Of a stretch of DNA of 64,000 nucleotides, positions 45,801 to 55,909 are shown in pieces. This stretch comes from Babesia bigemina (Eukaryota), in contig NC_027218.1 of the NCBI RefSeq assembly GCF_000981445.1, positions 2,170,001 to 2,234,000 of the forward strand, read 5' to 3'. The stretch's first letter is position 1; the number at the start of each line of letters is the position of its first letter. The notes under the pieces were generated by a model that saw only the letters and a program-made list of their open reading frames with translations, did no database searches and was not told the origin of the DNA. The position numbers were made by a program, and so were the translations under genes.

Positions 45801-47554
45801 AGCACATTGGACGATTCATCGTGGCTACACTCTTCTCCTTACTGAGCATCTGTGTGCAGTTCATCACCATTTGTTACTCCACCCCTATTCTGTCCCCCAT
45901 ACCAATTGTGATTATTATTGTCCTATATTTCTTTGTTTGTAAATCTTATCTCATGGCTTCGAAGAAGTTGCAATGGGTAATGTTGGAAGCCAACAATTCT
46001 ATAAACGCAGTATATGGTGATGTAATTTCTGGTTCTGAAATTTACAGGAGCTTCCGAAGGGAGCAGCTGTGCGTGGACCGTGTCCGCGATTATTCGGAGA
46101 GCTTTTTCGGTATAAAGTTTCTTAAGATAGCCGTCACTTCGTGGGCCATGTTGACATGTAAGCTTTTCATATCCTTTATGGTTTTAAGTGCTGCCTTCGT
46201 GCCCGTTTTATATGCGTATGTAAGGGGAGTGGAGTTGAAGGTGGCTCAAGTAGGCTTAGGGATTTCGTATTCTTTGGGCATAAACGCCCTACTTAATACC
46301 TTCATTTTTAACTTTTCCATGCTGGAAAAACAAATGTGTTCCATGGTCCGTTTCCGGGAATATTTCCTCCAGACCAAGATTCGTTTGGATGCCGTTGACA
46401 AGAAAGTAGAGATGGTGCCATGTAGTTCCTCGCTACGTGAGAACGCCGAACATATGCATAAACATTTGATCGAACTTATACAGCGTCGGAAACATGAGTT
46501 CCGCCAATGTATGTTCAGGAGGTATAGGTCCATTATCAGCACACTACTATATCGTCCGAAATTTGAATTTGTGGACATCGGCGACTACTTTGCAGGGGAG
46601 CACATGAGCCTCGAACTGGATAATGTTATGGTGCCAGAACCTGCTGAGGAATTCAACGCCAACAAGAATTACATCCTGAAGGGCGTGACTGCGAGCACTC
46701 GTGCTGGCGATGTGGTTGGTATAGTGGGTCGTACTGGCGCTGGTAAGAGTACGCTGTTGAGTGTGCTGCAGAACATTGCATCGAAAAGGGAAGGATCCGT
46801 GTTGCTCGACGGTCGGGAGTTGAACAGCATCCCTCGTAAGGTGCTGCGCCACATCATCGGCGTGTTGCCCCAGATGCCTTTTGTGTTCAAGGGGTGGACC
46901 CTGCGTCGTTTCCTGGACCCGCGTATGTTGCACTCTGACGAGGAGATCTTGCACGCCCTGGAGTGCTGCGGCTTGTTGGACATGGTCAAATCTCTGCCTG
47001 GCACCGATCCGCTGGACGCTGTATTAGCGCACGAGGACATACGGGTGCAAAGGGGCTACTACGTGATAATTCCCCTGATACGTCTGAAGCGTGGACTCAC
47101 TTCAACCCGTTCCGATGACGGCGAGGGAGGCGTGTCGGGTGAGCGTCCCGATGGCAACGTGGCGTGCTTCTCGATGAGCCAGCTGCGGTCGCTGTCGTTT
47201 GCTCGTCTGGTGCTGTATCGCATGACTTATCGCATTCTGCTGATCGACGAGCCGCCCTCCGACAACTGCGCGGGTCACGAGGATGCGGATCAGGCAGGTG
47301 GCAGCCCGTCCGGGGCTGAGGCATCGAGCGACGCGTCAGTGCCCATCTACGACCTGGTGCGGATGTTCTTCAGCCACTGCACGACGTTCATCGTGGCGCA
47401 TGACAAGAACGTGCTGAGGTCGTGCACGTCGGTCTGGCTGATGCAGAGCGGCACGCTAGTCGAACGCTGCTCCACACAAGAATTCATGGCCAGGGGGATG
47501 CCATCGACTGGCGTCACAGACGCAGAATGCTGCAGTCCTTTGCGGCTATATTAA
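42866..47554 (+). CDS. ABC transporter, ABCC/MRP-like (TMD-NBD-TMD-NBD)
   Basis: Walker A GNQGCGKT and GRTGAGKS, LSGGQ signature, Walker B CLDEP and LLIDEP, two hydrophobic TM blocks. Confidence 0.93.
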   Translation: MMQRSTDKPRLSDNEITAAYNSESKDYVGREYPPSPKTYDDRGLLRFVFIGWAKSWVNYICTHFVTPETVHRLPKADQISYWQPILSKHISDGLLRLEKAESDAVLKNDASKRTTPYRSVLLRAILLTFWRRIVLTLLLMMLMSITTVGTVVLLKHLLKTLSQKDQVWGNIVGVVLSIVGVEVLSTFLDQHTNLYNMRLQNVMEVAISLTLFQHGLCHRKDYTNAMQRCAVREGCKGAVHSWPPVNDSCCEDPLVCPARRHKNNELPPSMYTFLFVDTYFIISLVDATVMLMRFACNMTLGMVLIYTQTGMSVLWPMLVIVGITLLMVLVEAVNGLNISHALQSKDERISKSSEIIGSMKLLEMMGIEDVGYEIMKNSRDDELSVLQTRLTFFSINRSLMRVIGTVVYLVVIIDFIRKLKIAPNDSSFDISAPITLLHIVSTIVGSFDHLLKSLKMVVEGVASMRRVERFIRECSPNFYATRPEAHSDTLENELTVHDPRGDSTMHYYTLVLFKNASFSWLASRQDALTPKDTDSFVLANITFELERGDVKIITGNQGCGKTSFIKAMLGEMSLVSGSMAVAPLSTGMPIFYTSQEVWLPSGSIRSIITFGYAFDEDIYRQVTCAVELESDFASWEDGDMRVISEKGYSLSGGQRVRLSLARALYAYLIFSKANERLVGDRCCFLVCLDEPFNGLDPAVAGTIFNNLFNKETGLLVRDDVAVVMAMSPVTISICTSLDILDNLVEIHVHNITGGQVSIMDFMGKQPPGGIKPHVGPYEDKISELENKGPYNSFATLRKSNLMDSKQYGFVKGIQTRRAEEDHEMHNSPGDVEAQNKKCLTGPAYGTYISAMGIWYSVAVSVLLTSGVALDKVFGVLVARWSDLVKRLENQEGDDILKANQIMSEHEETARKMGILATIFIILIFAGMFTAIFANIRASRRIHEYIMNSLFNKSSTEAKVKGSLATTVTFLSSDIYYIDEHIGRFIVATLFSLLSICVQFITICYSTPILSPIPIVIIIVLYFFVCKSYLMASKKLQWVMLEANNSINAVYGDVISGSEIYRSFRREQLCVDRVRDYSESFFGIKFLKIAVTSWAMLTCKLFISFMVLSAAFVPVLYAYVRGVELKVAQVGLGISYSLGINALLNTFIFNFSMLEKQMCSMVRFREYFLQTKIRLDAVDKKVEMVPCSSSLRENAEHMHKHLIELIQRRKHEFRQCMFRRYRSIISTLLYRPKFEFVDIGDYFAGEHMSLELDNVMVPEPAEEFNANKNYILKGVTASTRAGDVVGIVGRTGAGKSTLLSVLQNIASKREGSVLLDGRELNSIPRKVLRHIIGVLPQMPFVFKGWTLRRFLDPRMLHSDEEILHALECCGLLDMVKSLPGTDPLDAVLAHEDIRVQRGYYVIIPLIRLKRGLTSTRSDDGEGGVSGERPDGNVACFSMSQLRSLSFARLVLYRMTYRILLIDEPPSDNCAGHEDADQAGGSPSGAEASSDASVPIYDLVRMFFSHCTTFIVAHDKNVLRSCTSVWLMQSGTLVERCSTQEFMARGMPSTGVTDAECCSPLRLY

Positions 47555-47661
47555 CCACCCGATTCTGCGACACCGGCTGCTTGGCGTGCGTACGTCTAGT
47601 GCTGGTGTATTTAATATATATGTTTTAAAATGTAGTTTATAGATTCTTTGGTATGCGTCAT

Positions 47662-49417
47662 TTACTTGGTATGATCGAGCATCTGCAATGTCATGGTCGC
47701 AAGTTCGCGCAGCCGACTTACCTCGTCGTCTGCCGTACCAAAAAGGTCGGGCCTGCCCGCCACGAATGATGCAAGGTTCCCCTCGACGTCTGCACATAAT
47801 TTGGGGAGTTCACACGCAAATTACCTTCTAATGGCGCAAACGCGCTTTCTTTCATGGCCTTCTCTATGAAACGCTCTTTCTGGTGCTTCCACTTGGGGTC
47901 GAGCAGAAGAATCTTCAGATGCGCCGACATTTCTGTGGCCGGTATCATCTGGCCTGTAATAGGGCACCTCTGCATCTCAACAGCAGTTTGAGCCTTCGAT
48001 TTCCTTGTGTACGACTTTTTGACCTTGATGATTTCATCTCCGTCCTGCGTGTTGTTCAGCCCTTGGAGTTGCTATCGTTCGCGTACCTGTACAATGCTAA
48101 CATCATTGTCCCTGGCAACCCGTCTTTTATAACTCTCAGGCGCATCCGAGAATTTGGAGACAGTGGGTACAGTTTCTACGGCCACTGCATTGTCCGCTTC
48201 CTGCGGTTCGGGTGCTGTAATGTCTGCCGTGGATGGATCCTCGGTCTTTTCCTCTTCATCATCCACAACAACCGCAACTTCCGGATTTATTTGATCTGCA
48301 TCCAGAGGAATGACGGATGTCAATTGTTCTCCACTGTTTCTTTCCGTTGCGGCAGTCCTTGGGTTGCGTGTCATGAGCAGCATGGCAGCTCCCGGTTGCG
48401 TGAAGTCGATTGGTGGCGGCAGTCCCTCTTCGTTCTGCAAAAGAACCGTAATTTTTGATGGCATCTGACAACCTACAGGAGTGAAAGTGATTGTCTCTGC
48501 GATGAAGAATGTATGCCAATCGATGGACTGCATTTCCATGCGCTCCTCCGCTTTTCGCATTTCTTCCGATGCGGTTTTTGCCTGTTGGCGCGCATCCCAG
48601 TCTGCCCTTTTCTGACATTTCCTAAGGTATGCGACTTTGTCCTTGGCCACGGTGTTGAGTTTTTCAATCTGCGGTTTGGTTGGCAGCAGGCACTTGGTGT
48701 ACGACTCGGTGAGGCTAGTGAAGAAACCGAAGAGGCAATGTGACGGGCTGAGAAAGTCGAATTGCGGGTTGCTTTTTTCGCGCTTCGCAAGTTCAACCAA
48801 GAACCGCTGCCCGTTCCTTGCCACGAATGTCGCCGTCGCCTTAATGATATCCCTGCGCGTGATTAAGGTCACCGATAAGAGATTGCCTTCCAAGTGCGGA
48901 AACGCATAAAGTGGCATCTACATGCCCTCAGGCCACGTATATTTTCAAGATATGCAACTCACATGTCCATGGCCGCCACAAATGGCTGCGTAAATGTGAA
49001 GGCGTCCTTCTCTGGCTCGTCTATTTCGTCGTCCGCGCCGCTCGCGCCGAAATCCGTGAGCGCTAGCAGCCTCTCCTTGAATTCATTCTTCAATTCGAGC
49101 TTCTTGCGCCTGTCTAGGATAGCCTGCGGTATGGAAGGCTTGATTTCCACATCTGTGACGGTGTGACTGCGGAGCTACAGAGGCCTACCTATGCCACTTT
49201 TCAGTTCCGTTAGCTTGAGCCTATAATATGCGTGGTACGCGTTATTCGGATTTAGGAAGGCAAATTTTGCGGCAGAACCGGCAGCGCCCTCGCCCTGTTC
49301 AGCTCGTATGCGCTGTTCGAACTGGTCGCCATTCTTTGCCACGAACTGGGCGGTTTTGTCTATAATAGTTCTGACATATTTTGGTGGAAAAATAACTTCC
49401 GCCGCGGATTCGCTCAT
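47662..49417 (-). CDS. SF3A1: Splicing factor 3A subunit 1 (Prp21/SAP114), multi-exon
   Basis: Two SURP domains (IIDKTAQFVAKNG; IIKATATFVARNG…PQFDFL), IDWHTF, and CPITGQMIP…HLKILLLDPKWK. Exons are split by short GT-AG introns. Stop inferred at 47662-47664. Confidence 0.88.
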
Positions 49418-49617
49418 TTTTTTAGTGTGACGGTGGCACGACCATCAGTGAGATGCGCCTGTGGTTGTGGCGACGGTCAGGTCGCGGTGTGTGCCCCGGA
49501 GCCCCTTCTCCACGTTGCCGTGGCTCATAGGGTGTTAACTGAGCGTTTTACATCACCATATTCCACATATAATAGCAGTACAACCTTATATAACTTTTGT
49601 AGTATAATATGTTAAAT

Positions 49618-49740
49618 AGGTTGCCGGCACCGAAAGGGGTTCCCGGGCGGTCCCCCACCCCAGTACTAACCCGGCCTAGCGCCGCTTGACTTCGGAGTTC
49701 GGATGGGATCCGGTATTTTCGACGCAGTATGGCCGGCAAC
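49618..49740 (-). rRNA. 5S rRNA (second copy)
   Basis: Matches 41923-42045 except one substitution near the 3' end (GGTGCC versus GGCGCC). Confidence 0.95.
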
Positions 49741-50581
49741 AATGAAACGCGCAATTACACTAACACAATCGTTGTAGAGGTTGAATCACGACGGAAACAC
49801 CCAAAGAGTACATATGGGTTGCAATATCACTTTCGTACGGAATAAATGGTGCATAAAGTATCAGAAACACAAACGTGTTTGGAAACGATTCTTTGTGCCA
49901 CATTGCGCCGTATTCTTGAGCCCTATGTCTATGACATGCATTTCACAAAATCTCTCGATACGCCAGTCACACATCGTACGATTCACCTATTAAGTGGAGG
50001 ATGGCGTCCTGGAGGCAGAACCCGGGTTATAATGATAGATGCGTGACAGATATACCCGGTGACACCAATCTACACACAAGCACACACACGCAGACTCGCA
50101 AATGTCGGTCTCTGTTCATTTCTAGAAGTCCGCTAAGCCATCTACAAATTAGTAGGCGATTGCAGTGGCAATGCCTCCGGGTGCCATAGAGGACTTTCAC
50201 TGGTTTTCCTGGGCAGCTAACGATTGCCGCCGGCGTTCTTAAAAGACTCGTTATGATACACTACGACAGACACTTTAAACACTCATTGATATGACAATTT
50301 AAACATTTTTCACTCGTGCCTTCCGCAATTGCTCACTTCGCAGGTTTATTCCTACCCCCATCTGCGCGGCGGATTCTACGATGCGTGCTAACGCGCTTTG
50401 ACGCGTCTCAGACGTTACTAGCTGCGCGTGTTGTGGCGCCGAGACTTCGTGTTGTAATATTTTGTTACACACACGGGTTAAGTCTGGTTAGGGGCGCTGC
50501 GCATACGGGCCTGGTCACGTCCACTTGTCATTCGACAGCTCCATAGTCGTGTCATCTCCCGTCTGCCTCTACGTCGCCAAC

Positions 50582-53500
50582 ATGGATCGTTCCAGTATAA
50601 CATCCGCGAACACCGATGCGGAGCAGGAGCGCCCGGAAAAGCCTGAAGCTGAGCAGCAGTGTAATGAACAGCATGATGCTGATCAGGAGAGGCGTGCAAA
50701 GCGTGATGCTGAGCACCGCCTGAAATACTTCGACACTTGCAATTGGTTCAGCTTCTTGTTTATCCATTGGTCTCGTTCTTGGATGTCCTACTTCTGCAAA
50801 AGCTTCATTGAGCCCGATGATATCCACCCTTTGCCGAAGGTAGACTCCGTCGACCTTTGGCAACCGAAATTCGCGAAGCATGTCAGCGATGGGCTTTTGC
50901 GGTTGGAGCGGTGGGAGTCTGAACGCGCTTCTGAAACAGGCCGGAGAAAGGCTCCGAGACCTTACACCAGCGTCATCTTGCGTGCGTTGTTCTTGACGTT
51001 CTGGCGCTGTGTTGCGGTACTGCTTTTGGCCCACATTGCGCTGAACCTGGTGAACGTGGGTACTGCGATCTTGTTGAAAAAGTTGATGGGTTATATGAAC
51101 GAAAAGGATCGGTCGATGAAGGATATTATTGGTATGATCGTCATTATTGTTGCCGTCGAATTTGTGCACTCGGTGATCAGCCAGCACGTGTTTTTGTATT
51201 TCCATCGTGTTCACGTAAAAATTGAAGCGGCGATTACCATCACGCTGTTCCAGCACGGTATGTGCCACCGTCGTGCCTACGCATCGAGCATTGACGGGTT
51301 ACCTGAGATGTCATCGTGCAAGGGGGTTGTTCACTCGTGGCCCTGCAAGGACGGCGAATGTGCGTCTAATCCCCTGCTCTGTCCTGCGAGGAGATACCAA
51401 AACAGGGAGTTGCCACCCAACATCTATGTGTACTTGTTCGTCGACGCGTACGCTATAGTGTGCGTTGTCAATGCCATGATCGATATCGTAAAGTTCGTCT
51501 CCGTTTTCGCCTTCTCCATTTACCTTATTGGTTCACGTATTCAGATCAATGTGCTGGTTCCTGCGTCGATCGTGCTCACCATCGTTTTGATTTTGATTAT
51601 GATCGAGGCGATCAACGGTTACGTGTGGTATCACACGCTTCAGTCCAAGGATAACCGTGTGGCCAGAACGGCTGAGGCACTCGGTCACTTGAATGTTTTA
51701 CGTGTGATGGGTGTGGAAGACGTAGGTTACAACATGGTGCGGCACAGCCGTCAGGACGAGATAATGTTGCTGAAGACACGTATCTCCTTGCACGCTGTGA
51801 GCGTGTTCTTGAACCGTATCATTGGTGTATCTGTCTTGCTTTACATTTTGCTGGACTACATTAAGACCTTGAAAACGTCGATCAACGAGTCTAATTTCGA
51901 CATTTCGGCACCTATTACGATCATGTTCATTGTGGAGAAGATTGCCAGTGCTTCTGATAACCTTCCCAAGACGATGAAGACCGTCGTGGAGGCTGCTACG
52001 TCGTTGACCAGGGTTGAGTGGTTCATCAGGTCGTGCTCTCCGAACTATTACTTGAATACCTACAAGGAAGCCACCGCCTATCTGAAGAGCCAGTCCAATA
52101 AGTTGACTCAGGCCAACCTCCAGGATGAGCTCCCTTCTGACACAGTTGCACAGTTCAAGGATGCCTCTTTTGCCTGGTATTACGACCGTAAGGAGTTGCT
52201 CAGCGTTAACAAGGCATCTAATCCATTCTTCACCAAGATTAACTTTGAGTTGAAAGGTGGCGATGTGAAGATCATCACCGGCAACCAGGGTTGTGGTAAA
52301 ACTAGCTTCATCAAAGCGATGCTGGGCGAGATGAGTCTGGTATCGGGTAGCATGGCGGTTGCTCCGCTGTCAACGGGTATGCCCATTTTCTACACATCGC
52401 AGGAGGTGTGGCTGCCTAGCGGTAGCATCCGTTCGATCATCACGTTCGGGTACGCGTTCGACGAGGACATCTACAAGACGGTGCTTTCTGCGGCCGAGCT
52501 TGTCACTGATATCGAAGCATGGAGCGATGGTGACATGCGTGTGATCTCTGCGAAGGGTTATTCTCTGAGTGGCGGTCAACGTGTGAGGTTGAGTCTGGCG
52601 CGTGCTCTCTACGCGTACCTGATCTTCAGCAAGGCCAATGAAAACCTAGAAGATCGCTGCCTTTTCTTGATGTGCCTCGACGAACCATTTAACGGTTTGG
52701 ACGCTAAGGTGACGGCGTCCATTGCGTCAAACCTTTTCAAGAAGGGTACAGGTTTGTTAGTAAGGGACGATGTTTCTGTTGTAATGGCAATGTCTAAGAT
52801 GAACTTGGGAATTTGTCTGTCGTCTGTCGACGCGGGTATTATGGCGGACATTGCTGTCTTGATGATTGAGGATGGGTGCTTATCCGATGAGCGGGGCTTC
52901 CAAGCATTGAGCACGGAAGGTTTACCCGCTGAAGCCTCACCCAATGCTAAGGCCAGTATGCGTATTATGCGCAAACACAGCTCTCTGTTCCGTATTCCGG
53001 ATGGTGTGTGGAGGTCTTGTGAGGACGGCGCGTTGAACATGCGTAAAGAGAACTACCACCTTTCTCGCCGTTTGAAGGCCCTCGCTACCAACTACACGGA
53101 CGATATTGCGTCGCAGGGTGACCTTTGCGCCACTAAAGCCGGTTATGTGACCCTGTTCAAGGCAATGGGATTGGTATTGTGCTTCGTTATCTTAACGTTT
53201 GCTTTCTCCAGTGCCGTCATGGACAAGGTGAACGCGATTTGGGTTGCAAAGTGGTCGGATTCGGTGAAGGCTCTTGGAGGTACAGACCGGACTACAATAA
53301 CGAATACCGAAGCCATAATAAAGGAGCACGATCAAACCAGCGTGCTGATTACCAGTTTCTCGTCCTTGTACATTGGCTTGATTTTCTTCGCAATTGCACT
53401 CATCGCTGTCGCGAATGTCGTCGGAGCTACCCGCCTACACGACTTCGCTTTAAATTCAATGTTTACGAAGAGTTCATCGGTTATCACGCTGAAGAAGTCT

Positions 53501-55252
53501 GTCGGTGAATTGTGCACCTTTTTGGCTTCTGATCTTGCGTACATTGACATTCACCTGGTGCTTCTTGGCCAGCACGCCGTTTTCGCGTTTTTGAAATTGC
53601 TGTTGCAATTCGCTACGGTGTGTTACACTATCCCGATTTCAATCCCAGTCCCCGTGATTGGTGGTGCGATAATTTACTTCGGGCTCTTGCAAAGGTACCT
53701 GGTTGCTTCGAAGAAAGGTCAGCTGCTCATGCTTGAGGGTGTCACAAACATTAATGCGGTGTATGCAAGTGTCATTGACGGTTCTGCTGTGTACAGGAGC
53801 TACCAGAAGGAGAAGCAGTGCATCAAATCGATTTATGAGAGGTCGGACTATTATTACCGCAGCAAGTTCATCAAGGCCGCCTTCACTGCGCGTTTCATGA
53901 TTGAGACGAAGCTCATGACGTGTCTGATGCTGTTTATTGTCGCACTGTTGCCCGTGCTATACAGTTACATGACCGGTAAGCCTCTTCAGGTCGCTCAGGT
54001 TGGTCTCGGAATATCTGTTACCATGGCTATTAACTCTGCCCTCACGTCATTCATTTTGTACTATACATCGTTGGATAAGAGTATGTGTTCCATGTCGCGC
54101 TACAACCGCTTCTTCTTACAGGGCAAATTTTCTCTGAACGAGAAGTTTGAAAGCATGGACGAGACCGTTTTGCGTAAGGTTGGTGATAAGGATGAATGGA
54201 ACAAGGAGAGTTGTGCTGCTCTGTTGAAACGTCGTAAGAACGAGTTCCGCAACTTCATGTTCCGTCGTTACCGTTCGGTGCTGAGCTCGCTGTTTTACAA
54301 ACCCCGCGTGGAGTTTTTGGACTGTGGAGAGTATTTGTGTGGGGAGCATGTTTCGCTAGAATTGGAAAACGTTTCAGTTCCACAGCAGGCATCTGCCACG
54401 GGTGAGAACAGTCGTTACATCCTGAAGGGCGTGACTGCGAGCACGCGTGCTGGTGATGTTGTGGGTATAGTGGGTCGTACTGGCGCTGGTAAGAGTACGC
54501 TGTTGAGTGTGCTGCAGAACATTGCATCGAAAAGGGAGGGCTCCGTATTGCTCGACGGTCGGGAGTTGAACAGCATCCCTCGTAAGGTGCTGCGCCACAT
54601 CATCGGCGTGTTGCCTCAGATGCCTTTTGTGTTCAAGGGGTGGACCCTGCGTCGTTTCCTGGACCCGCGTATGTTGCACTCTGACGAGGAGATCTTGCAC
54701 GCCCTGGAGTGCTGTGGCTTGTTGGATATGGTCAAATCTCTGCCTGGCACCGATCCGCTGGACGCCATCATGGTACCTACTACTGCCATTGTTAAAGGCG
54801 GTTTCTTCCTCATCACGCCTCTGATTAAGATAAAGGGCGCAACTAATACAGGTTTTGTTTTGCAAGCAGCTGCGGATGAGAAGCCTAACGACACAACTAC
54901 GTCGAAGAGCTTCTTCTCTTCAACGCAGTTGCGTATGCTCTCTTTCGCCAGACTCGTCCTTTACCGCGATTTGTACCGTATTTTGTTAATCGACGAACCT
55001 CCGGCTGATGAGAATTCAAATGAAGGTGCAGCGGAGGCTGCCAACGAGGATGAGAACCTTTCCGGTACAGCCGTGCCGCCCGTGTACGACCTTGTGCGTA
55101 TGTACTTCAAACACTGCACTACGTTCATTGTGGCGCACGACCAGAACGTTTTGAAGTACTGCAACAGGTTGTTTGAGATGTGTGGCGGAGAGTTGGTTAC
55201 AAACAAGGTTTTGGAGGCCGGGGATGTGGAAATGTTCTTTGATGCGAAATGA
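50582..55252 (+). CDS. ABC transporter, ABCC/MRP-like
   Basis: Same architecture and motifs as 42866. First ATG at 50582. Confidence 0.93.
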   Translation: MDRSSITSANTDAEQERPEKPEAEQQCNEQHDADQERRAKRDAEHRLKYFDTCNWFSFLFIHWSRSWMSYFCKSFIEPDDIHPLPKVDSVDLWQPKFAKHVSDGLLRLERWESERASETGRRKAPRPYTSVILRALFLTFWRCVAVLLLAHIALNLVNVGTAILLKKLMGYMNEKDRSMKDIIGMIVIIVAVEFVHSVISQHVFLYFHRVHVKIEAAITITLFQHGMCHRRAYASSIDGLPEMSSCKGVVHSWPCKDGECASNPLLCPARRYQNRELPPNIYVYLFVDAYAIVCVVNAMIDIVKFVSVFAFSIYLIGSRIQINVLVPASIVLTIVLILIMIEAINGYVWYHTLQSKDNRVARTAEALGHLNVLRVMGVEDVGYNMVRHSRQDEIMLLKTRISLHAVSVFLNRIIGVSVLLYILLDYIKTLKTSINESNFDISAPITIMFIVEKIASASDNLPKTMKTVVEAATSLTRVEWFIRSCSPNYYLNTYKEATAYLKSQSNKLTQANLQDELPSDTVAQFKDASFAWYYDRKELLSVNKASNPFFTKINFELKGGDVKIITGNQGCGKTSFIKAMLGEMSLVSGSMAVAPLSTGMPIFYTSQEVWLPSGSIRSIITFGYAFDEDIYKTVLSAAELVTDIEAWSDGDMRVISAKGYSLSGGQRVRLSLARALYAYLIFSKANENLEDRCLFLMCLDEPFNGLDAKVTASIASNLFKKGTGLLVRDDVSVVMAMSKMNLGICLSSVDAGIMADIAVLMIEDGCLSDERGFQALSTEGLPAEASPNAKASMRIMRKHSSLFRIPDGVWRSCEDGALNMRKENYHLSRRLKALATNYTDDIASQGDLCATKAGYVTLFKAMGLVLCFVILTFAFSSAVMDKVNAIWVAKWSDSVKALGGTDRTTITNTEAIIKEHDQTSVLITSFSSLYIGLIFFAIALIAVANVVGATRLHDFALNSMFTKSSSVITLKKSVGELCTFLASDLAYIDIHLVLLGQHAVFAFLKLLLQFATVCYTIPISIPVPVIGGAIIYFGLLQRYLVASKKGQLLMLEGVTNINAVYASVIDGSAVYRSYQKEKQCIKSIYERSDYYYRSKFIKAAFTARFMIETKLMTCLMLFIVALLPVLYSYMTGKPLQVAQVGLGISVTMAINSALTSFILYYTSLDKSMCSMSRYNRFFLQGKFSLNEKFESMDETVLRKVGDKDEWNKESCAALLKRRKNEFRNFMFRRYRSVLSSLFYKPRVEFLDCGEYLCGEHVSLELENVSVPQQASATGENSRYILKGVTASTRAGDVVGIVGRTGAGKSTLLSVLQNIASKREGSVLLDGRELNSIPRKVLRHIIGVLPQMPFVFKGWTLRRFLDPRMLHSDEEILHALECCGLLDMVKSLPGTDPLDAIMVPTTAIVKGGFFLITPLIKIKGATNTGFVLQAAADEKPNDTTTSKSFFSSTQLRMLSFARLVLYRDLYRILLIDEPPADENSNEGAAEAANEDENLSGTAVPPVYDLVRMYFKHCTTFIVAHDQNVLKYCNRLFEMCGGELVTNKVLEAGDVEMFFDAK

Positions 55253-55909
55253 ACCGATCCCCAATGGAGGATGTTTGGAATCCAGCGGCCATTCACGTGA
55301 TTGGTGAAGCCTTTGCGTATGAGATATATGGCCGTATACATAATATTTAGTATAATAATTATAACTTATTCTAGCGACCACGCTCCCCGGTTGAGGGATT
55401 CTGCACTTCGACAGAAGCGTGAATTCAATTCTTACTCTTAATCTTTTTATATTCTTGCGCTCATAGGGCGTTTGGATTATTTGGCGAGCTGCAGCTGGAA
55501 ATTTCGCGCCACATACCGCTGTGCGGCGTTGCCAGGCCTTCCGTTAGTCACATGAAGTTGTGGTATGGTTTTGGTTGAGCGTGCCGCGTGAATGGCAATT
55601 TGTTTTATGGACGAGATATGTTTTTTTGCTTGCTATGGAGGCTCTTCTCCCTAGCATTCTGCCTTGTTAACGCGGGCGCGCCGCCGTTGCACATTTCAGT
55701 GCCCAAACACCGCAGCTTCTGCTCTTGTGTTTCGGCACAAAATTAAACTTCTATTCCTTCCTTCGATATGTGCAGCCCTTGCGACTAGCGCTTACAGCCT
55801 TCCGGTTGTCTAATCGGAGTTGGCAGTTGGCGAGTTGCTCGATCGTGCCCCGCTGGATAGCTGAAGGATCGCCATAAGCGAGGGCAACGTGATCGTACAA
55901 ATATCGGGA

